The notes under the pieces were generated by a model. The model had not been told where the DNA came from, searched no databases, and saw only the letters and a list, made by a program, of their open reading frames with translations. Below are positions 27,400 to 32,000 of a stretch of 32,000 nt of DNA, in pieces. Every line of letters starts with the position of its first letter. Positions within the stretch are counted from its first letter, which is position 1. Origin of the DNA: Halalkalibacterium halodurans (GTDB lineage Bacteria > Bacillota > Bacilli > Bacillales > Bacillaceae_D); assembly GCF_004376175.1 (NCBI RefSeq), contig NZ_SNUY01000019.1:17815-49814 (forward strand), in the 5' to 3' direction. The translations under genes and the position numbers were made by a program.

Positions 27400-28011
27400 A
27401 TGAAAACAAAGCTTAGGGGAATCATATTGCTTATTAGTTTGTGTCTCATTTGTGTTGGATGTAGCACTAGTATGGCTTCCGATCAAATGACAGTCAAGCG
27501 ACTAGAGCCGAAAACCAATTTAGAAGAACGATTGCTGTCGGCTATAGGGAGTCCGCCTTTGTTTGAAATTGATCACTTACCGGTAGAAAAAACAGTTGAG
27601 TTTGGAGTTGAATTCTATGAAAACGGGGAAATGGTTGGCGACGCTGAAGCAATTGGCTTGTTGACCGATGGAACAGAAGAGGAAGTGATCGACTCGCTCC
27701 AGCTTTTGTTTCAGTTAAATGAGAGTGGGGAAGAACACTACTCTTCGAAAGTGGTTGCTTTTGACGAGGTCGGTGGGACTTATACAGGTTATGGAGGTAA
27801 CACGAACATTTCACTTGATGGAAGATGGCTCAGTGGCTATATCGTCGAGGAAAAGGTGCCGCTTGAAAAAGGAAACAAACAATATTTAGGCTACATTGCT
27901 CAAAATGATAGTGATACGATTTCAACCCTGTCAATTGATGAGGAAGTGAAGCTAGAAGACGAAGTAGGAAGATACGATCGTATACTACTTTATTACGTTC
28001 TGATCGAGTAA
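27400..28011 (+). CDS. Hypothetical lipoprotein
   Basis: Signal peptide with lipobox 'ICVGC'. The ATG at 27400 lies 5 nt after GAGGAGG. No family was recognised. Confidence 0.7.
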   Translation: MKTKLRGIILLISLCLICVGCSTSMASDQMTVKRLEPKTNLEERLLSAIGSPPLFEIDHLPVEKTVEFGVEFYENGEMVGDAEAIGLLTDGTEEEVIDSLQLLFQLNESGEEHYSSKVVAFDEVGGTYTGYGGNTNISLDGRWLSGYIVEEKVPLEKGNKQYLGYIAQNDSDTISTLSIDEEVKLEDEVGRYDRILLYYVLIE

Positions 28012-28088
28012 TAAATGAGGAGGATGACCGAGTCATTCGTACAATATGAGGCGAATTTGCTGAATGCCCACCGTCAGTAATGGAGAGA

Positions 28089-28136
28089 GGCTAGTATCCG
28101 CGAACAATGGAAATAAGCGGTGCTAGCCAATTTTGC
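28089..28136 (+). terminator. Possible terminator after the lipoprotein gene
   Basis: ~10-bp stem GGCUAGUAUC/G(G)UGCUAGCC followed by AAUUUU. The U-tract is weak. Confidence 0.4.
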
Positions 28137-28137
28137 A

Positions 28138-28167
28138 TTGACGAGTGGGCTATGTTAGTTTTAGAAT
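28138..28167 (+). promoter_or_regulatory. SigmaA promoter of the aspartokinase gene
   Basis: TTGACG-N18-TAGAAT. Confidence 0.65.
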
Positions 28168-28176
28168 GTTCTAAAA
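28159..28176. promoter_or_regulatory. Perfect 8+8 inverted repeat overlapping the -10 (operator candidate)
   Basis: TTTTAGAA-TG-TTCTAAAA. Confidence 0.5.
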
Positions 28177-28274
28177 TGTTGAAAAAAATCGTCTTCAAAA
28201 GGTGTTGATGAACTGCAAATGTCACTCCATTTGAACGGCAGAAAAAGAGAAATCGATAGGAGATGGAGAGTAGC

Positions 28275-29645
28275 ATGAAAGTAACGAAGTTTGGTGGAAC
28301 ATCCGTTGCGAGTGCAGAGCAAATTCGCAAGGTGGCTACGATTGTAGCAGATGATGTGGAGCGTAAAATTGTCGTCGTTTCAGCTCCTGGGAAGCGGCAT
28401 TCAAGCGATACAAAGGTGACGGATTTGTTAATTCGTTTAGGAGAAACGTACTTAGAAAAGGGATATGCGAATGAGGAGCTAGAGGCGGTTTTACGACGGT
28501 ATGAAGAAATTGCTAAAGGGTTGGAGCTCGGCCAAGAGATCATTGATCAAATTGCGAACGATTTACACACAAGGCTAACCTTTAACCAAAGCAACCCCGG
28601 TGCATTTATGGATCAACTCAAGGCAAGCGGGGAGGACAACAACGCGAAGTTAATTGCTGCCTATTTGCAAACCAAAGGAATGAATGCAGTCTATGTAAGC
28701 CCAAAGGAGGCCGGCCTGTTGGTCAGTGATGAACCTGGAAACGCCCAAGTGTTACCTGAGGCGTATGACCATTTAAAAAAGCTTCGTGAACGTGACGAAA
28801 TGATCGTATTCCCAGGTTTTTTTGGTTTTTCTCCAGACGGAGCTCTCGTCACATTTCCGCGAGGAGGCTCGGACATTACTGGAGCGATTTTGGCCGCTGG
28901 GGTGAAAGCGGAACTGTATGAGAATTTTACAGACGTGGATTCCGTGTTTGCTGCGAACCCAAATGTCGTTGAAAGTCCGGCGCAAATTCGGCGCATGACT
29001 TATAGAGAAATGCGGGAGCTTTCCTATGCGGGCTTTTCCGTCTTTCATGATGAAGCGTTAATTCCAGCATTTCGGCAAAAGATTCCCGTTTGTGTGAAAA
29101 ACACGAACAATCCTAGCTCACTAGGAACAATGATTCTAGCAGAGCGAGAGTACTTTTTAAATCCTGTCATCGGGATTGCGGCAGATAAAGGGTTTGCGAC
29201 TATTTATGTTCGCAAATATTTAATGAACCGTGAAATAGGGTTCGGGCGTCGGCTGTTGCAAATTATTGAAGATGAAGGCCTTTCATATGAGCATATCCCG
29301 TCAGGAATTGATGATGCCTCGGTCATTCTTCGGCAGGAGCAACTGACGGATGAAATCGAGCATCGGATATTAGCACGAATAAAAGAGGAGCTTTGTGTCG
29401 ACGATGTGTTTGTTGAAAAGGATTTTGCTATGGTGATGATCGTTGGTGAAGGAATGCATAACACTGTCGGCATTTCAGCACGAGCCACGGCTGCGCTTGC
29501 TAGAGCTCATGTCAACATTGAAATGATTAACCAAGGATCGTCTGAGGTTAGTTTAGTGCTTGGCATACACGAGAAAGACGCCGATGCGGCCGTCCGTGAA
29601 TTGTATGAAGAATTTTTCGGTGGTGCCGAGGAAACGGTTCAATAA
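28275..29645 (+). CDS. Aspartate kinase (monofunctional, ~456 aa, YclM/aspartokinase III-like size class)
   Basis: Contains 'MKVTKFGGTSVAS', 'VVVVSAPGK', 'GGSDITGAILA' and C-terminal ACT-like repeats. The ATG at 28275 follows GGAGATGGAGAG. Confidence 0.92.
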   Translation: MKVTKFGGTSVASAEQIRKVATIVADDVERKIVVVSAPGKRHSSDTKVTDLLIRLGETYLEKGYANEELEAVLRRYEEIAKGLELGQEIIDQIANDLHTRLTFNQSNPGAFMDQLKASGEDNNAKLIAAYLQTKGMNAVYVSPKEAGLLVSDEPGNAQVLPEAYDHLKKLRERDEMIVFPGFFGFSPDGALVTFPRGGSDITGAILAAGVKAELYENFTDVDSVFAANPNVVESPAQIRRMTYREMRELSYAGFSVFHDEALIPAFRQKIPVCVKNTNNPSSLGTMILAEREYFLNPVIGIAADKGFATIYVRKYLMNREIGFGRRLLQIIEDEGLSYEHIPSGIDDASVILRQEQLTDEIEHRILARIKEELCVDDVFVEKDFAMVMIVGEGMHNTVGISARATAALARAHVNIEMINQGSSEVSLVLGIHEKDADAAVRELYEEFFGGAEETVQ

Positions 29646-29682
29646 AAGGAAGCTCTGTCGATCAAAGACAGAGCTTCTTTTG
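29645..29682. terminator. Bidirectional intrinsic terminator (aspartokinase / NaChBac)
   Basis: Perfect 11-bp stem GAAGCUCUGUC/GACAGAGCUUC flanked by A4 and T4. Confidence 0.85.
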
Positions 29683-29687
29683 TATCA

Positions 29688-30512
29688 TCATTTCAATTGT
29701 TTAAGCAAGCTTTTTAGCTCGGCTACGTCTTTTCTTAAGGCTGAGATTTCTTGTTTTAACCCATCGGCTTCACCATCTTCCTCATTGTCCGTTAACTCTG
29801 CTTTTTCAACGTTATTGACGATTACACCGATAAACAAGTTAAAGATGATAAACGTACCGATTAAGACAAAGCTGACAAAATAAAGCCAAGACCACGGAAC
29901 TTCGGCAAAAATTGGTCGCATGACGCCGCTCGCCCATGACTCTAGCGTGACCACTTGGAACAATGTTAACAAACTAAGCTGTAAATTACCGAAATATTCA
30001 GGCGACACATGCTGAAATAACATCGTCCCGATAACGGCAAAAATATAGAAGAAAATGCTCATCAAGATTAAGATGTTTCCTAACGCCGGGATCGTCATCA
30101 CCAACGCATCAACTAACCTGCGCAACGATGGAACAACTGAGATGGCCCGTAGTACCCTGAGAACCCGTAAAATACGGAGAACCGTCACAAATTGAGCACC
30201 TGCAAATATATGACCTGCGGCTACAATTAAGAAATCAAACCAATTCCATGAACTTCGAAAAAAAGCTGATTTCGGATTCGAAGCTAAAAAGCGCATCGCA
30301 ATTTCAATCGTGAAGATCCAGAGAAGAACAAGATCTATTCGATAGAATAACCATTTATGATCAGCATAAATACGTGGATAGGTTTCGATTCCAACGATAA
30401 GGGCATTAAAAAGAATTAACGCGATCACCGTAAACGTAAACGCCCGATGATTCACGATTTTTTGCATTTTACTAGTGAAGCTGTTCTGTTTCTGTCTAGC
30501 TTCCATTTTCAA
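29688..30512 (-). CDS. NaChBac: Voltage-gated sodium channel NaChBac (single 6-TM domain, BacNaV family)
   Basis: The 274-aa product matches, from memory, published NaChBac (MKMEARQKQNSFTSKMQKIVN...). It has S4 arginine repeats 'RILRVLRVLRAISVVPSLRRL', the selectivity filter 'TLESWAS' and a C-terminal coiled coil. Confidence 0.97.
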   Translation of the reverse strand: MKMEARQKQNSFTSKMQKIVNHRAFTFTVIALILFNALIVGIETYPRIYADHKWLFYRIDLVLLWIFTIEIAMRFLASNPKSAFFRSSWNWFDFLIVAAGHIFAGAQFVTVLRILRVLRVLRAISVVPSLRRLVDALVMTIPALGNILILMSIFFYIFAVIGTMLFQHVSPEYFGNLQLSLLTLFQVVTLESWASGVMRPIFAEVPWSWLYFVSFVLIGTFIIFNLFIGVIVNNVEKAELTDNEEDGEADGLKQEISALRKDVAELKSLLKQLK

Positions 30513-30565
30513 TGATCCACTCCTTTAATCTACTTGCACTCGTTCTATTTTACTAGAATTTAAGA

Positions 30566-30595
30566 AAACAGAAAAGGTTCGGATCTCCTCTGTTT
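30566..30595 (-). other. Strand-specific hairpin upstream of NaChBac (possible terminator/insulator)
   Basis: 11-bp stem AAACAGAGGAG/CUUUUCUGUUU. Two positions pair only on the minus strand (G-U). The stem is followed by UCUU. Confidence 0.4.
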
Positions 30596-30930
30596 CAATA
30601 AATATTTATTCTTAACGTTCCATACTCTAGCAAAGGTGAGGGGTACGCATGACTAAAGGGGAGCTGAGCTACAGATTTCATTAAAATAGTTAGAATTTGG
30701 TGAGGGCGAACAAGTGAACATAGCTAGACTCGGGCAATTTAATTAGCCCAATCCGCTGGGGATCAAATAACTTATATTCAGGTGGATCGTTATGCTTTCC
30801 CTTGATCGTTTTTCAACTTACACAGATGGACTTGATCTAGAAATCGATCGTGCCAAATCATGATTAATTCAAATAAAAAGTGAGGCCGTATAGAGGGATA
30901 GACATGGATTCGAATGGACTTCAAGGAAAA

Positions 30931-30944
30931 CAAACGTACGTTCT
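30931..30944 (+). promoter_or_regulatory. LexA (Cheo/SOS) box-like site, distal
   Basis: CAAACGTACGTTCT compared with CGAAC-N4-GTTCG matches 8/10 defined positions. The central GTAC fits RNRY. Confidence 0.5.
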
Positions 30945-30972
30945 TGAAATCGAATGTACGTTCGTGTATACT
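30944..30972 (+). promoter_or_regulatory. Strong sigmaA promoter of the WYL-like ORF
   Basis: TTGAAA-N17-TATACT, followed by GAGGTGAG (30988..30995) and the ATG at 31001. Confidence 0.7.
30951..30964 (+). promoter_or_regulatory. LexA (Cheo/SOS) box-like site filling the promoter spacer
   Basis: CGAATGTACGTTCG compared with CGAAC-N4-GTTCG matches 9/10 defined positions. It lies exactly between the -35 and the -10. Confidence 0.6.
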
Positions 30973-31000
30973 GGAGTTAAAGAGAACGAGGTGAGAAGAC

Positions 31001-31225
31001 ATGGAAAAGTTACTCAGACGAAGTGTGCAAGAACAATTAATTCTCGCTGCGATTTATCAATCTTGCTCTGGTGAATTTACGCAGCGAAACCTATTGGTAA
31101 AGTCATTTAACGATACCCATGTGGTGGCATATTGTTTCTTGCGTAAGCAAACGCGTATGTTCAAACGGGATCATTTTTTATCGGTTCAGCCGGATCATTC
31201 AAACGTTTCTCGTCCTGCTTGGTAA
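31001..31225 (+). CDS. 74-aa hypothetical protein with a WYL-domain-like core
   Basis: Has a good RBS and promoter. 'ILAAIYQSCSGEFTQRNLLVKSFNDTHVVAYCFLRKQTRMFKRDHFLSV' fits the WYL-domain pattern (xxYxxxxGexxxRxxxPxxl....xxxAyCxxRxxxRxFrxDrIxs), although the WYL triad position reads HVV. A terminator follows. Confidence 0.55.
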   Translation: MEKLLRRSVQEQLILAAIYQSCSGEFTQRNLLVKSFNDTHVVAYCFLRKQTRMFKRDHFLSVQPDHSNVSRPAW

Positions 31226-31226
31226 A

Positions 31227-31260
31227 CAAAAAGAACCACCTGTTGGTCGATGGTTCATTT
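31227..31260. terminator. Bidirectional terminator (WYL-like ORF / proC)
   Basis: GAACCA/UGGUUC outer stem with an inner CC/GG pair, flanked by AAACAAAAA (read as UUUUUGUUU for proC) and AUUU. Confidence 0.6.
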
Positions 31261-31271
31261 ATAATGAAGAT

Positions 31272-32000
31272 CTACTTTTTAATTTCCAATGAAGGGGTGG
31301 AACCGAGTTCACGTGAACGATTTATGGCTGCAGTGATAGCTTCTTCGATTGCTTGCTGCATTTGCTGCTGTTCGAGAACGCGAAGACCTGCCTCTGTGGT
31401 CCCCCCTGGGCTCATCACTTCCTTATATAATTCCTCTGCCGTTTTCGATGTTTGCTCAAGTCGTTTGCCAGTCCCAATAAGCGTCTGGGAGATGAAGGCT
31501 TTCGCTTCGCTTTCTGTAAGCCCAGATTGTACCGCCGCTCGCTCCATTGCTTCTACCATGTAATAAAAGTAGGCGGGACCGCTACCGGCAAGTCCCGTGA
31601 CAGCGTCAAGTTTATCCTCCGTTACTTCTGTCACTGTACCGATGGCCGTAAATATAAGGGTCGCTAGCTTTACATGAGAGGCGTTAGCATACCGGCCACC
31701 GCACAATCCTGTGGCGGATGCCCCGACTTTTGCTGATGTATTTGGCATCGTTCGGACAACAGGTACCTCATGTGCAAGCAACGTTTCGATGTAGGAGGTC
31801 GTTGTGCCCGCGAGTACGGAAATAAACAGCTGTTTCTCTGTTATTTCGCCGCGAATTTCTTCAATCGCCTCTTCAATGTTTTTTGGCTTCATCGCTAGAA
31901 ATATGATCGTTCCTTGGCGTACAGCTTCTTGGCGATTTTGCGTGGTGCAAATCCCATAACGATCTTCGAGTTTTGTTAGCTTTGCTTCATCACATAGGTT
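31272..32000 (-). CDS. proC: Pyrroline-5-carboxylate reductase ProC, with the 5' end outside the window
   Basis: Contains 'AMKPKNIEEAI', 'RTMPNTSAKVGASATG', 'GSGPAYFYYMVEAM' and 'VMSPGGTTEAGLRVLE'. The frame stays open upstream of the track's ATG (31892) to the window edge ('...LEDRYGICTTQNRQEAVRQGTIIFLAMKPK'). Confidence 0.93.
   Translation of the reverse strand, partial: NLCDEAKLTKLEDRYGICTTQNRQEAVRQGTIIFLAMKPKNIEEAIEEIRGEITEKQLFISVLAGTTTSYIETLLAHEVPVVRTMPNTSAKVGASATGLCGGRYANASHVKLATLIFTAIGTVTEVTEDKLDAVTGLAGSGPAYFYYMVEAMERAAVQSGLTESEAKAFISQTLIGTGKRLEQTSKTAEELYKEVMSPGGTTEAGLRVLEQQQMQQAIEEAITAAINRSRELGSTPSLEIKK

Noticed and set aside
27130-27486. 118-aa minus-strand ORF spanning the GNAT/lipoprotein junction
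   Set aside because: It crosses an intergenic promoter region and two plus-strand genes, and shows no coding signals.
28021-28086. Short ORF (MRRMTESFVQYEANLLNAHRQ / MTESF...) after the lipoprotein gene
   Set aside because: The GAGGAGG abuts the internal ATG with zero spacing and the upstream ATG has no RBS. It is probably fortuitous.
28012-28262. Possible L-box lysine riboswitch or T-box upstream of the aspartokinase
   Set aside because: There is no AGAGGNGC-type L-box core and no T-box/specifier features. The only structures are one hairpin that looks like the upstream gene's terminator and a DNA palindrome at the -10.
28091-28543. 150-aa minus-strand ORF
   Set aside because: It runs antisense across the aspartokinase promoter and N-terminus. 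It has no RBS and the aspartokinase frame is unambiguous.
29560-29883. 107-aa plus-strand ORF, and 31219..31563 (+)
   Set aside because: These read through terminators and lie antisense to NaChBac and proC respectively. They are shadow ORFs.
30790-31074. ORFs 30790..31002 (-) and 30880..31074 (+)
   Set aside because: The minus-strand ORF has no RBS. The plus-strand ORF starts upstream of the mapped-by-eye promoter and overlaps the better-supported 31001..31225 frame, although its internal ATG at 30904 has a modest AGAGGGA RBS. Neither resembles a known family.

Overview
The window reads as chromosomal DNA from an alkaliphilic Bacillus. It is probably Bacillus (Halalkalibacterium) halodurans, because the 274-aa protein at 29688..30512 (-) matches, from memory, the published voltage-gated Na+ channel NaChBac (S4 'RILRVLRVLRAISVVPSLRR', filter 'TLESWAS'). 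Gene content in order: a decayed MDR quinone-oxidoreductase pseudogene and a micropeptide; yqj-like housekeeping genes (methylmalonyl-CoA epimerase-like VOC protein, M20 peptidase, COG2509 FAD protein, Y-family polymerase DinB/PolY1); an accessory late-flagellar module (FliK-like 745 aa, FlhB C-terminal-domain-only protein, FliS, a 464-aa flagellin, DUF327/YaaR) with two SigD-type promoters; a CPBP protease, an SRPBCC protein, NamA/YqjM, a CBS protein and a DUF4097 lipoprotein; the sulfate-assimilation operon yezD-cysH-sat-cysP-cysC; an opposite-strand block (tnrA, TrxR-like flavoprotein, YibQ-like divergent polysaccharide deacetylase, membrane-anchored S8 protease with a Cache-like ectodomain); siroheme genes (cobA-hemD fusion, sirB, sirC); a GNAT, a lipoprotein, an aspartokinase, NaChBac, a 760-bp gene-poor gap and a 5'-truncated proC. 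I saw no CRISPR array, IS element, tRNA/rRNA or recognisable canonical defence system. The best candidates for undescribed biology are: (i) a 74-aa WYL-like protein whose strong sigmaA promoter carries two LexA/Cheo-box-like sites; (ii) the stand-alone FliK-like/FlhB-CTD/FliS/flagellin/DUF327 module; (iii) the TM-Cache-like-prodomain-S8 protease operon; (iv) one perfect TnrA box equidistant from divergent tnrA and siroheme promoters. All motif and family calls come from reading the sequence by eye and need computational confirmation.
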